This document shows positions 10,330 to 20,267 of a stretch of DNA of 64,000 bases, in pieces. Each line of letters starts with the position of its first letter. Position 1 is the first letter of the stretch. The stretch is from a virus. Lineage: Duplodnaviria > Caudoviricetes. Made by a program: the position numbers and the translations under genes. The DNA lies in IMG/VR virus record IMGVR_UViG_2636416124_000002, positions 1 to 64,000 of that record. One strand, written 5' to 3'. The notes below the pieces were generated by a model that was not told where the DNA came from, searched no databases, and saw nothing but the letters and a program-made list of their open reading frames with translations.

Positions 10330-11286
10330 GGGCCTTCTACCGCGGCTACAACGCCGCTACCGGCCGCCGAGCCCAGCAGGTCCGCAACCTCCACGTCATG
10401 CGCGAGGACGGGAAGTTCGCGGGCAAGCAGGGGCTGTGCGGCGCCCCGGGATGGGGTGTCACCCATTCACCGCCCATGGTCATCGACCCGCTGCCAACAG
10501 CTCCGCCCGACGGGCTGGCCTGGTGTCGGTCCTGCGTCGGCCACGCCGCCGCACTCATCGGCCAGTTGGATGCGTTCGCCCGCATCATCGCCGCTCTGAA
10601 CGACCTCGCAGACGAGGAGTCCGCCTCATGACCGCGTCCGTGCAGCCCACCCTCGACGGCACCACCCCACCCGCACCCGCCGACTACGAGACATGGCTGG
10701 CCGTCGTCTGGCCCGTCTTCATAGCCGCCGCGGCGACCGGCAGGACCTTCACCTGTTACTCGGTGGCCGACGCCAACAAGCTCCCCAACCCGCCGAATCC
10801 GCAGGCTCACTGGGGCCGGTTGATCACTCTCCTCAAGGAGGAGGGCTACATCCGCACCGCCGGATGGGCGCGCTCCGACCGGCCCACCACCCACCACTCC
10901 GGCGTCCGCACCTGGAAGGGCACCACAGCGGCACGACGGGAGGCCGCCGCGTGAGCCTCGACACCCTCCTCGCCGCCAGCCAGGCCGTCGCCACCATCCA
11001 CACCATCGTCGACGGGTTCATCAACGCCGCCCTGTACTACGGGCCCGGCGTGCTGGCCACCGCCGCGGTCGCCGCGACCTGGCGCACCTCCCGGTGGGCG
11101 TCCCACCGGTACGACCAGCTGGCCCAGGACCGGGCCGACCGGCGGGAGTACACCGCTCGTGCGTACCGGCTCTGCCGCGTCGCCGACAACGCCGACGCCG
11201 TCACCGCGCTCCCCGAGATTGACCTCATCACCTACCTCGACAACAAGTACGACGCACCAGACCTCGCCCCGGAGGAGGGCCGATGA
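10326..11286 (+). CDS. Three coupled hypothetical genes: 10326-10631, 10628-10954 (wHTH-like), 10951-11286
   Basis: Overlapping start/stop codons and phage-like codon usage. Confidence 0.65.
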
Positions 11287-12158
11287 CCACCACCCGTAGC
11301 CGCCGCCCGATCGCCGACCACGGCACCCTGTCCCGCTACAAACACCACGGATGCAAGTGCGACACCTGCCGTAACGGATACACCGCCTGGCAGCGCAACC
11401 GGTACCGGCGGCGCGGCTACGGCACCTGGCAGCCCTTCGTCGACGCCGAACCCATCCGCCAGCACATCCTCACCCTCCACGGCAGCGGCATGTCCTACGC
11501 CTCCATCGCCCAGGCAGCCGGCATGTACGAAGCCACGCTCAGGGGCTTCCTTTACGCACTCGGCCCGAAGAGCCCCCGAAAGGAGAAGGCCACCCACGAG
11601 ATCGCCGCCCGGATCCTTGCCGTTACCCCTGACCCGATGCTGTCCGGGTGGGTCGACGCCACCGGCACCCGCCGCCGTATCCAGGCCCTTGCAGCGAACG
11701 GCTGGCCCATGAGCGCCCTCGCCACCTTCATCGGCGTCAACTCCGGCTCTGTCAACCGCTTCACCCGGCAGACCCGGGTCTACGCCGACACCGCCCGAGC
11801 GGTCGCCGAGGTGTACGGCAAGTACGCCACTGCCTCCCCGCAGGACCACGGTGTCCCGCAGTGGAAGTCCGACCGGCACCGGCGCGAAGCGCAGACCAAG
11901 CAGTGGCCCGACCCCACCTGGTGGGAGGACATGGGGCGCATCGACGACCCCACCTTCGACCCGCTGAAGATTGTGGAACGCCGGCTCAACCGCGACGAAC
12001 TGGCCGCGGTCCGCCGGGCCGAGGTCGAGCACCTCGCCAGTTACGGGTACGACGCCGACGAGATCAACAAGCGGGTCGACCTGTCAATCTCCACGATCCG
12101 CGGCATCCTCCTGGAGCTCCGCACCGGCCAGCGTCGCGACCGTAGGCAGGCGGCGTGA
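11283..12158 (+). CDS. Multi-HTH DNA-binding protein with N-terminal HG..Y..GC.C..C motif
   Basis: DHGTLSRYKHHGCKCDTC, followed by several HTH-like segments (GMSYASIAQAAG; GWPMSALATFIG; GYDADEINKRVDLS). Confidence 0.65.
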   Translation: MTTTRSRRPIADHGTLSRYKHHGCKCDTCRNGYTAWQRNRYRRRGYGTWQPFVDAEPIRQHILTLHGSGMSYASIAQAAGMYEATLRGFLYALGPKSPRKEKATHEIAARILAVTPDPMLSGWVDATGTRRRIQALAANGWPMSALATFIGVNSGSVNRFTRQTRVYADTARAVAEVYGKYATASPQDHGVPQWKSDRHRREAQTKQWPDPTWWEDMGRIDDPTFDPLKIVERRLNRDELAAVRRAEVEHLASYGYDADEINKRVDLSISTIRGILLELRTGQRRDRRQAA

Positions 12159-12559
12159 TCGCGACGCGGCCTGGCGCCGCCACCCCACCCCGCTTCTACC
12201 CGTCCACCACCCTCACCTCCGACGGCGACCTCGACCTCATCGCGATCGAGTACGCCATGAACGGGGAGCCCGTCACCCTGACCCGCGGCGAACGCATCGA
12301 AGCCGCACGTCAGCTCGACGCCCGCGGCATCCAGGCCGCAGAGATCGGCCGCCGGCTGGGAGTCACCCGCGACACCGTCGCCACCTGGCGCAAGAACAGC
12401 TGGACTCTCCCGCCCGCCACGGACCCCGAGCCCATCGATATCGGCGGGGCCACCCACGGGCGGTCCGGGTACAGCAAAGGCTGCCGGTGCCGTACCTGCA
12501 AGAACGGGGCCAGTGCCGCACAGCGGGCCTTCAAGGCCAAGAAACGGGCGGCCGCGTGA
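12155..12559 (+). CDS. HTH protein with C-terminal HG..Y..GC.C..C motif
   Basis: GIQAAEIGRRLGVTRDTVATWR is an HTH; the C-terminus has HGRSGYSKGCRCRTC. Confidence 0.65.
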   Translation: MIATRPGAATPPRFYPSTTLTSDGDLDLIAIEYAMNGEPVTLTRGERIEAARQLDARGIQAAEIGRRLGVTRDTVATWRKNSWTLPPATDPEPIDIGGATHGRSGYSKGCRCRTCKNGASAAQRAFKAKKRAAA

Positions 12560-12705
12560 ACACCTGCCTGACCGGCAAGCGCCGGTACCGCAACCGGCTC
12601 GATGCCCGCATCGCGCTCGCCAACACCCGGCGCCGCGACCGGGCAGAGAAGCGCGTCTACCAGTGCCCCGGCTGCCACGGATGGCACCTCACCAGCAAGC
12701 CGTAA
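12556..12705 (+). CDS. Small zinc-finger-like protein
   Basis: CLTGKRRY...RVYQCPGCHGWHLTSK. Confidence 0.6.
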   Translation: MNTCLTGKRRYRNRLDARIALANTRRRDRAEKRVYQCPGCHGWHLTSKP

Positions 12706-12785
12706 CCACGGCGGGCCACCACACGTGGCCCGCCCACACGCACAACAACCCCGCCGGGGCGGGGGAGGGAGGAGGGGAAGTGACG

Positions 12786-13025
12786 TCAGTCCGAGTCGGC
12801 GCTGCGGGCACGGTCGACCGCGCCCTTCGGGACCTTCACGGTGCGCTTCTTCGGCGCGGGCGGCTCGATGCCGTTGGCCTTACGCCAGGCGTTGACCTCG
12901 CGGACGACGTGCATGCGCATGTCGGCAGCACGCGCGATGCCCTTCTCGGCGCACAGCTGGCCGTATGCGTCCCACGTTTCGTCGTCGATCCGGACCACTC
13001 GGCCGGGGAGCCCCTTCGTCGTCAT
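12786..13025 (-). CDS. Ribbon-helix-helix-like small repressor, counter-oriented, probably leaderless
   Basis: GRVVRIDDETWDAYGQLCAEKG.ARAADMR is an RHH-like pattern. GTGCGC-18-TACGCT lies 6 nt upstream of the ATG. Confidence 0.65.
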   Translation of the reverse strand: MTTKGLPGRVVRIDDETWDAYGQLCAEKGIARAADMRMHVVREVNAWRKANGIEPPAPKKRTVKVPKGAVDRARSADSD

Positions 13026-13048
13026 GTCGACAGCGTAGCTGACTGCCG

Positions 13049-13107
13049 GGTGACCGCGCACCCCCCAGCGGGTGACCGGTCAAAAGGCCTACTGGTGACC
13101 GGTCACC
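13049..13107. promoter_or_regulatory. Three GGTGACCGGTCACC-type operators
   Basis: A perfect 14-bp palindrome at 13094-13107, and 12/14 copies at 13049-13062 and 13071-13084. Confidence 0.7.
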
Positions 13108-13223
13108 TTGCGCTAGAGTCGAAGCACGCCGAGAGGCCCGCCGACGCGAAAACCGGCGGCCACAAGGGCCTGGTTCCGTGCGCCCACTCGGCCCCCATGA
13201 CCACCTCCGCGAGAGGGATCGAG

Positions 13224-13655
13224 ATGACCATCGCCGACGACCTGAACCGCATCGGAAACGACCTGCTGCGCCAGCGTGTACGCGCCGCCGAAGCCGTTGC
13301 CTGGCAGGCACTCAACATCACCCCCAACCCCGGCGAGACCGCCACCGAGGTCCTCGCCCGCATCCGCTACGCCGCCGAACGCAACCACCCCGAACTCCTC
13401 ATCCGGTTCGAGCACAGCCGGCAGGAAATCCTCCCCATCGCCGACGACTGCGGCTGCGACCCGAACAGTGACGGCTACGACGACGACCACTGCGAGTCCG
13501 ACCAGGGCGGCGAGTACCTGTGCGCCCGCCGCCACCTCGGCTGGGTCTGCGGCACCTGCGTCAACAAGGACGACGACGGCCCGAGCTGGCGGCCCGACCG
13601 CCACGAGTGGCCCTGCCCCGTCGTGGCCGCCCTCGACGCCGGGGCCGCCGCGTGA
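13224..13655 (+). CDS. Hypothetical Cys/His-rich protein
   Basis: GAGAGGGA RBS. C-terminus CGTC...HEWPCP. Confidence 0.6.
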   Translation: MTIADDLNRIGNDLLRQRVRAAEAVAWQALNITPNPGETATEVLARIRYAAERNHPELLIRFEHSRQEILPIADDCGCDPNSDGYDDDHCESDQGGEYLCARRHLGWVCGTCVNKDDDGPSWRPDRHEWPCPVVAALDAGAAA

Positions 13656-13747
13656 CCGCCCGCCCAGACCCCGCCCCCACCTGACCCAACCGCGGGCCCC
13701 ACACCGCAGCCGCCCGAACCTATCCGTACCGCCAGGAAGAAGAACCC

Positions 13748-14716
13748 GTGAGCACCGAGGCAGTCGACTGGGCCATGGACAAGGCGCCCATGCCGCGCAC
13801 CGAGAAGGGCAAGCCCGACACCACGGGCCGGCACGTCCTCCAGGTGCTCGCCGAGTACGCCAATCCGGCGGGCGCCAACACTCACCCCTCGGTGCTTCGG
13901 ATCCAGTTCCGGACCGGCTACGACCGGACGACGGTGCAGCGGGCGCTGCGCCGGTTGGAGAAGGCCGGGCTGATCCGTCGGGAGGGCTCGGTCGATGGGC
14001 GGACGCGGTGGCAGCTGGCCCTGGAGATGGTGCGCCCGGCTTCGGACTGGACGGATCTGGAGCGCGAGGAGAACGAGTACCGGGCTGCGGCTGCGGAGCG
14101 GAAGCGCCGGTCTCGATCGAAGGGTGTCACAGGCGCAGAGTCTGTGACCGTCACGGACTCAAAGCCTGTGACTGTCACGGACGCAGAGTCTGTGACAGGC
14201 GATGTCACAGACTCTGCGCCCAGCCGTCACGCACTTAACGCCCAGCCGTCACGCACTCAACGCCGCCCTAACCACCAACAACCACCAGTCAACCAACTAC
14301 ATAAAGACTCTTCTTCGCCTCCGGCTCAGCAAGACACCGCAGCAGCCCCGGAAGAGGCCAAGCCGACCGGCAAGCCGCGCGCCGCCAAACCGGCCAAGAA
14401 CGAACACCTCGACGCCTTCGGAGCCTTCTGGCTGAACTACCCGAAGAAGAAGGCCCGCGAGGAAGCCCGCAAGGCATGGATCGCCGCCCTCGGCCGCGGA
14501 GCAGACCCCCAGCACATCGTCACCGCCGCCGCCAGCTACGCCCGCGAACGAGCCAACGAAGACCCCAAGTACACGAAATACCCGGCGACCTGGCTCAACA
14601 AGGGCTGCTACGACGACGAACCCGACCAGCCCGCACGCCCCCACCTCCGCGCCGTCGGCGACTACCAGCCCTGGCGCAACCCCGAAGACCACTCCAGCTA
14701 CTACGAGGAGCTCTAG
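13748..14716 (+). CDS. Phage replication initiator (N-terminal wHTH, internal iterons)
   Basis: N-terminal wHTH (HPSVLRIQFRTGYDRTTVQRALRRLEKAGLI). The C-terminus FWLNYPKKKA...KYPATWLN is typical of phage initiators. The gene precedes DnaC/DnaB. Confidence 0.85.
   Translation: MSTEAVDWAMDKAPMPRTEKGKPDTTGRHVLQVLAEYANPAGANTHPSVLRIQFRTGYDRTTVQRALRRLEKAGLIRREGSVDGRTRWQLALEMVRPASDWTDLEREENEYRAAAAERKRRSRSKGVTGAESVTVTDSKPVTVTDAESVTGDVTDSAPSRHALNAQPSRTQRRPNHQQPPVNQLHKDSSSPPAQQDTAAAPEEAKPTGKPRAAKPAKNEHLDAFGAFWLNYPKKKAREEARKAWIAALGRGADPQHIVTAAASYARERANEDPKYTKYPATWLNKGCYDDEPDQPARPHLRAVGDYQPWRNPEDHSSYYEEL
14124..14263. repeat. Iteron array / probable replication origin 1
   Basis: CGCAGAGTCTGTGAC at 14134 and 14182, with an inverted copy at 14204-14218. 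GCCCAGCCGTCACGCACT at 14218 and 14240. Several further GTCAC/GTGAC cores. Confidence 0.7.
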
Positions 14717-14719
14717 ACC

Positions 14720-15430
14720 ATGGACCTGATCCCGCCCTACGACCCCGCCCAGCACGGCCTCCTGCCGCTGCTCGCCCGCCAAGGCCGTACCGCCGACTGG
14801 TTCACCACCGACACCGGCGACCCGTTCAGCGAACCGAACATCGCCCGCTGGTCCGCACACACCACCGCCAAGAACATCCCGTTCATCTACCAGCGGGCCG
14901 TATCCGAACGCCCCGAGATCAGCCAGTGGATCACCGCCCTCGCCGACCAGGCCCGCAAGGTCCAGGCCGAACGAGGTGCCCCCGTCCCCAGCGTCGTCCG
15001 CGGCCCCTCCCTGCTGCTCCTCGGCCCCACCGGGGTCGGGAAGACCTACGAGGCGCACGCCGCGATCCGGGAACTCGCCGTCACCGGCGTCGTCGCCCGG
15101 TGGACCGTCACCACCGCCGCCGACCTCTACGCCAAACTCCGGGCTCGCCACGGCGTCGACACCGAAGCCGAGTTCCACAGGTTCGTCAACGCCACCGTCC
15201 TCCTCCTCGACGACATCGGTGCCGCGAAGGTCAGCGAGTTCACCGAGGACATCAACTTCCGGCTCATCAACCACCGGTACGAGAACCAGCTCCCCACCCT
15301 CCTCACCTCCAACGTCGCACCCAAGGAACTCGCCAGCCGCGTCGGAGACCGGGTCGCGTCCCGCCTCAACGAAATGTGCCAGCGCGTCGTCATCACCGGC
15401 CCCGACCGCCGCAGGGGACAGGCCGCATGA
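14720..15430 (+). CDS. DnaC/IstB-like AAA+ helicase loader
   Basis: Walker A GPTGVGKT, Walker B LLLLDDIG, and PTLLTSN...DRVASRLNEM. Confidence 0.9.
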   Translation: MDLIPPYDPAQHGLLPLLARQGRTADWFTTDTGDPFSEPNIARWSAHTTAKNIPFIYQRAVSERPEISQWITALADQARKVQAERGAPVPSVVRGPSLLLLGPTGVGKTYEAHAAIRELAVTGVVARWTVTTAADLYAKLRARHGVDTEAEFHRFVNATVLLLDDIGAAKVSEFTEDINFRLINHRYENQLPTLLTSNVAPKELASRVGDRVASRLNEMCQRVVITGPDRRRGQAA

Positions 15431-16799
15431 GCATCGACACCGACCTCTGGGCCCCCGCCGACACCGCACCCGTCGCCGACTTCGAGCGGATGCCCCCGCC
15501 AACCTCGACGCCGAAGTGTCCGTACTCGGCGGGATGATGCTCCACCCCCACGCCATCGGCGAAGTCCTCGACGGGCCCCTCGAAGCCGACGACTTCTACC
15601 GACCCGCCCACGCCATCGTGTACGGAGCCATCACCGGCCTGTACGCCAAGGGCGAGCCCGTCGACCCGATCACCGTCACCAACGAACTCCGCGAAGCCGG
15701 GCTCCTCGAACGGGCCGGAGGCATCACCGCCGCCTCCAACCTGGTCCAGCAGACCCCCAGCGCCGCACACGCCAGCTACTACGCCGACATCGTCCACGGC
15801 GCCGCGAAGCTCCGACGCATCGTCCAAGCCGGCAACCGCATCACCCAGCTCGGCTACGCCGGGGGAGACCCCGACGAAACCGCCGACGCCGCCCAGACCG
15901 AACTCAACAACGCCGTCCAGACCACCGAAGACCCCGACTCCGCGCCCATCGGAGACGACTTCGAGGAGATGGTCGACGAGCTCGTCGAACTGGAGAAGAA
16001 CGGGGCCGCCATGGGTGTCCCCACCGGATTCGCCGACCTCGACGAACTCCTCAAGGGACTCCACCCCGGCCAAATGGTGATCATCGCCGCCCGGCCCGCC
16101 ATGGGAAAGTCCACGCTCGCCGTCGACTTCCTCCGCGCCTGCTCCATCAAGCACCAGCAGCCGTCCGTGCTGTTCAGCCTCGAAATGAGCCGACGGGAAG
16201 TCCAGCACCGCATCATGTCCGCCGAAGCCCGCGTCGCCCTGCACCACATCCGCGGCGGGAACATGACCGACTCCGACTGGGCCCGGTTCGCCCAACGGCT
16301 CCCCGACGTCACCGCCGCGCCCATCACCATCGACGCCACGTCGACGCTGACGATGACGCAGATCAAAGCCCGCGCCCGGAAGATCAAGCAGCGCACAGGG
16401 CTTGCCCTTGTCGTCATCGACTACCTGCAGCTCGTCAGCTCCGGCAGCGGGCGCCGCGCCGAGAACCGGCAGCAGGAAGTCTCCGACATGAGCCGTGCGA
16501 TCAAGCTCATGGCGAAAGACCTCGAGGTGCCCGTCGTTGTCCTCGCCCAGCTCAACCGCGGCCCCGAGCAGCGCCAGGACAAGAAGCCCACCAAGTCCGA
16601 CCTCCGTGAATCCGGATCCCTGGAGCAGGACGCCGACGTCGTGATCCTCCTCCATCGCGAAGACGCCTACGAGAAGGACTCGGCCCGCGCCGGCGAAGTC
16701 GACCTCATCGTCGACAAGCACCGCAACGGTCCCACCGCGGTCATCACCGTCGCCGCTCAGCTGCACTACAGCCGCTTCGTTGACATGGCGCGCACATGA
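15427..16799 (+). CDS. dnaB: Replicative DNA helicase (frameshift in C run 15493-15497)
   Basis: PANLDAEVSVLG N-domain, AARPAMGKS, FSLEM, VIDYLQL, LAQLNR, DLRESGSLEQDAD, KHRNGP. Confidence 0.95.
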
Positions 16800-16951
16800 C
16801 CGACAACTGCCCGAGCTGTACTCGGGAATCCGTGCAGCCGGTCGCCGAACACCGGGGCGCCACCCAGGTCAGCCACCTGTACCGGTGCCCGGCGTGCGCT
16901 GAGACGTGGTCGACGAACCGGGACCTGCGGGCCTACGGGGAGGCGGCGTGA
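16796..16951 (+). CDS. Small zinc-ribbon protein
   Basis: CPSC...YRCPACAETW, coupled to the dnaB stop. Confidence 0.6.
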   Translation: MTDNCPSCTRESVQPVAEHRGATQVSHLYRCPACAETWSTNRDLRAYGEAA

Positions 16952-17186
16952 CGGCCTCGGCGAGGGGGACCGGTCATCGGGTGGGGCGCGGGCGCGAGGG
17001 CTCAGAACCTCCATCGCGGGACAGAAACCGGCCTCTCGCGGGCGAACAGGCAATCAAAGCCCCCAGGGTTCACCCGCCCCGAGAAAGCCCGCGAGGCACC
17101 CGCACAGCCGATCCGATGTCAAAACCGATCCCCGGGCAGACCGAACTGCCCCTCACCTACCGCCAAGTGACCCTCTGGAGCCTCTG

Positions 17187-17390
17187 ATGCCTACCAGCCT
17201 CGCCCCATCGCCGTCCGGCCTGTCGTCCACACCCGACGAGGGCCTCGATCACATCTACTGCTGCGACCCCGACACCGCCTTGTGCGGAACGGACATCAGC
17301 GGCTACGTCGAGCGCCCCGCCCTGGGCGATGTGGACTGCATCGTCTGCGACGACCTGGAGTTCAAGCCGTGCCTGACCTGCGGCACGTGA
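17187..17390 (+). CDS. Small Cys-rich hypothetical protein
   Basis: HIYCCDPDTALCG...CIVC...CLTC. Confidence 0.55.
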   Translation: MPTSLAPSPSGLSSTPDEGLDHIYCCDPDTALCGTDISGYVERPALGDVDCIVCDDLEFKPCLTCGT

Positions 17391-17464
17391 CCCACGCACA
17401 ACCGGCTGCCCCTGAGGAAAGCAGGGGCAGCCGGCCCGCCAACCCAACCACAGAGGAGTCTCTG

Positions 17465-18072
17465 ATGCCCACCACCCCTGACCGCCCCGCCTCGGCCGAG
17501 CTGACCGAGGAGCAGCGCGACGCCCGTCGTACCCGCGCCCGTGACCTCATCGAGGAGCGACTCACCGAGACATGGCCCGCGTGGCGGCGCCCCGGCCGCA
17601 AGCCGAACCTGTCGCTCGCCGCCGACATCGCCCTCGACGCCCTCGGAGACCTCGCCGCCGAGATCCTCGTCGACGGCACGATGATGCGCTCCCTCACCAT
17701 CAAGGACGGCGTCGCCACCCTCGAACTCGCCGAGGCCACCGAGATGGTGCGGATCTTCGCCGCCGGAATGCGCGGCGTCCTCGACGGCCACGGAGCCTCG
17801 AACTACGTCGAGATGGAGATGACCGACGGGTCGACCGGCGAGGGATTCACCGTCACCGTCCGCCGCCGGGAGCGCCCGACCCGCACGAGTTCCGGCTCCG
17901 CGCCGAGGACAAGGCGGCCGAGCTGGAGAAGCAGCTCGCTCAGTACGAGGTCATGAACCCGCAGCAGTGCCCCGCCGGGAAGCACGCCGACTGGCTCGTC
18001 GACTCGGAACACACCCACGCGTGCCCCTGGTGCCGCATTGAGCAGCTCGAAGCCGAGGAGGCAGCACGATGA
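17465..18072 (+). CDS. Hypothetical protein (frameshift near 17878)
   Basis: GAGGAG RBS. Adding one C joins ORFs 17282-17956 and 17572-18072; the product ends in a CPWC motif. Confidence 0.6.
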
Positions 18073-19538
18073 CCGACACCACTCCCACCCCTGACCGCCC
18101 CGCCGACCAACTGCGCGCCGCCGCCGAGCTGCTCCGCCAGACCGCGACCGCAGCTGGCGGTGAGGCCTGGACCGCGGAGCACTTCCCGGAGGGAACGATC
18201 GTCCGCCCGGCGGCGAACACGCACAGCCTTTTCCGCCTCGCCGCCCACGGGAACCGTGCGGCTGGCACTCCGTGCGTCACCCCGCAGGTCGGCACGCACA
18301 TTGCCCTGCTGCACCCCAAGGTTGGTTTCGCCCTGGCCGCCTGGCTGGAGTCGGCGGCCGAGCGGTTGGGCGGCACGGAGGCGCCTCTCGCCGCGCTGCT
18401 CGACCCGTCCGCCCTGGCGGTGGCCCGGCAGCTCCTCGGCACCAGCACGGGCGAGGACACGGGCGCCGACGCCCAGACCGTCAGCTACTGGCAGCAGAAG
18501 CTCAGCGCTGTCACCGACGGCCGTGACCACCTGAAGCGGGAGAACGACCGGCTCCGGAGGGAACTGGCCCAGTCGGAACGCATCCGGGAGAACGCCGACT
18601 TCCACCTCGGGCAGGAGATGGCCCGCCGCCAGCTCGCCGAGAAGGCGACCGCCGTCCCGCCCGCGCCTGCCGACCGGGCCGCCCACTACCGCGACGCCGC
18701 CGACCACATCGACCACCTTCGCGCCACCATGGGCGCGCCCACCGTCCGGGACTGCTTCGCGAACGGGCTGGGTCACGCAGCCGCAGACCTCCGTCGCCTG
18801 GCCGACGCTGCCGCCGGGGTGCAGCCGCCCACCACGACCGAGGCGGACGACATGCGCGCCCGGTTCGAGGCGCTGGCCGCCGAGTGGGAGAAGCGCGGCG
18901 AGTACGGCGACTCCTGTTTCCTCTGGGGCGCACGGGGGATCCGGGCCGTCCTCGCCGCCGAGGCGCAGTCCGCTCGCCGTCGTCTCACCCCGGCCGAGCA
19001 CGACCGGGCCTGGCACGCCATCGAGGGCTCCGCCGGGGAGGAGGGGGCCGACCCGGGCACGGTCCTCAACGCCGTGTTGCACGCCCTCCGCATTGACCCG
19101 CCCACTGCCGCCGAGGAGCAGGCCGCCAGCCCCCGCAACCGTCTGGCCGGTGAGGCTGCCGCCGGGGCACACCAGACCGAACAGGCGGATACCGTGCTCG
19201 CCGCCGCGATCCCCGAGTGGGAAGCCGTGTACGAGCCGGGCAACGTGTCCGACTACCTCATCGGCTACGCCAACAGCGAGGCCGCCGCGAAGGGCGCAGC
19301 GATCGCCTGGGTCCTCTCCCAGTCGGACAAGAACGCCGACCGCCTGGAGTGGGTGCCGCAGAACTGGAACGACCGCCACGACGCGTGGTTCGACCTGATC
19401 GAGCGGCACGACGACGGGATCGACACCGGGGTCGGCGTCACCGTCCGGCACCGGCTCCACCCGTACACCGCCGCCGACTTCACACCCGAGGACGACGCCA
19501 CCCCCGCTGTCCCTGCCGCACCCGAGGAGACCCGGTGA
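18069..19538 (+). CDS. Large mosaic hypothetical early protein
   Basis: 489-aa Ala-rich ORF coupled at both ends, apparently made of several short modules. Confidence 0.65.
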   Translation: MTDTTPTPDRPADQLRAAAELLRQTATAAGGEAWTAEHFPEGTIVRPAANTHSLFRLAAHGNRAAGTPCVTPQVGTHIALLHPKVGFALAAWLESAAERLGGTEAPLAALLDPSALAVARQLLGTSTGEDTGADAQTVSYWQQKLSAVTDGRDHLKRENDRLRRELAQSERIRENADFHLGQEMARRQLAEKATAVPPAPADRAAHYRDAADHIDHLRATMGAPTVRDCFANGLGHAAADLRRLADAAAGVQPPTTTEADDMRARFEALAAEWEKRGEYGDSCFLWGARGIRAVLAAEAQSARRRLTPAEHDRAWHAIEGSAGEEGADPGTVLNAVLHALRIDPPTAAEEQAASPRNRLAGEAAAGAHQTEQADTVLAAAIPEWEAVYEPGNVSDYLIGYANSEAAAKGAAIAWVLSQSDKNADRLEWVPQNWNDRHDAWFDLIERHDDGIDTGVGVTVRHRLHPYTAADFTPEDDATPAVPAAPEETR

Positions 19539-19797
19539 CCGCCCGGCCCCTGCTCTGCACCAAGTGCGGCGAACCCGTCGGTGTCGTCGAGGAGGTCGTC
19601 TGCCGGATCGTCTGGGACGAGGCGGTCATCGACGCCGACGGCACTGTCCGCCCCGCCGAGCAGCACATGGAGTTCTGGAAGGGCGACCCGCACCGCACGC
19701 TCGCCGTCTGCGACAACCCCACCTGTCGTCATCGGTGGACGCTGCGCAGGACGTTCGAGCCCGAGGCGCCCAACACCCCGCCCCTGCTGCCGGGTGA
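19535..19797 (+). CDS. Zinc-ribbon hypothetical protein (3' end uncertain)
   Basis: CTKC...CDNPTCRHRW. Confidence 0.5.
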
Positions 19798-19823
19798 TCC
19801 CGGCCCACACCACGGAGACCCAC

Positions 19824-20203
19824 ATGACCACGCCCACCCGCATCCAGCGCCGCCGCACCAAGGGCTGGCGGCTCCCCGAGAACGCCGTCATCGTCAGCCG
19901 ACCGTCCCGCTTCGGGAACCCGTTCCTGATCAAGGACGCCATCGAAGCCGAGATGGGCAACCCGCACAGCGCCTGCACCCAGCTGTACAGCGAGTGGCTG
20001 CGCGTCGGCACCGAAGGCGACTGGTACCAGGAGACCTACCAGGTCGGCCGCCAGGTCTTCGACCGCCGCCGCGTCCTCGACGAACTTCACCTGCTGCGCG
20101 GCAAGGACCTCGCGTGCACCTGCCCGCTCCCCGCTGAGGGCGAGCCGGACCACTGCCACGCCGCCGTCCTGCTGGCCCTCGCCAACGCCACCCCGCCGCC
20201 TGA
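19824..20203 (+). CDS. DUF4326-like protein (stop restored by one extra C near 20192)
   Basis: RIQRRRTKGWRLPENAVIVSRPSRFGNPF...LRGKDLACTC...CHAAVLL. Confidence 0.75.
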
Positions 20204-20267
20204 CCCCTGTCTGCTGTGTGGCCGCCTGTGGTGGGGCGGCCACACCAACCCGGAAGGACCACCCGCC

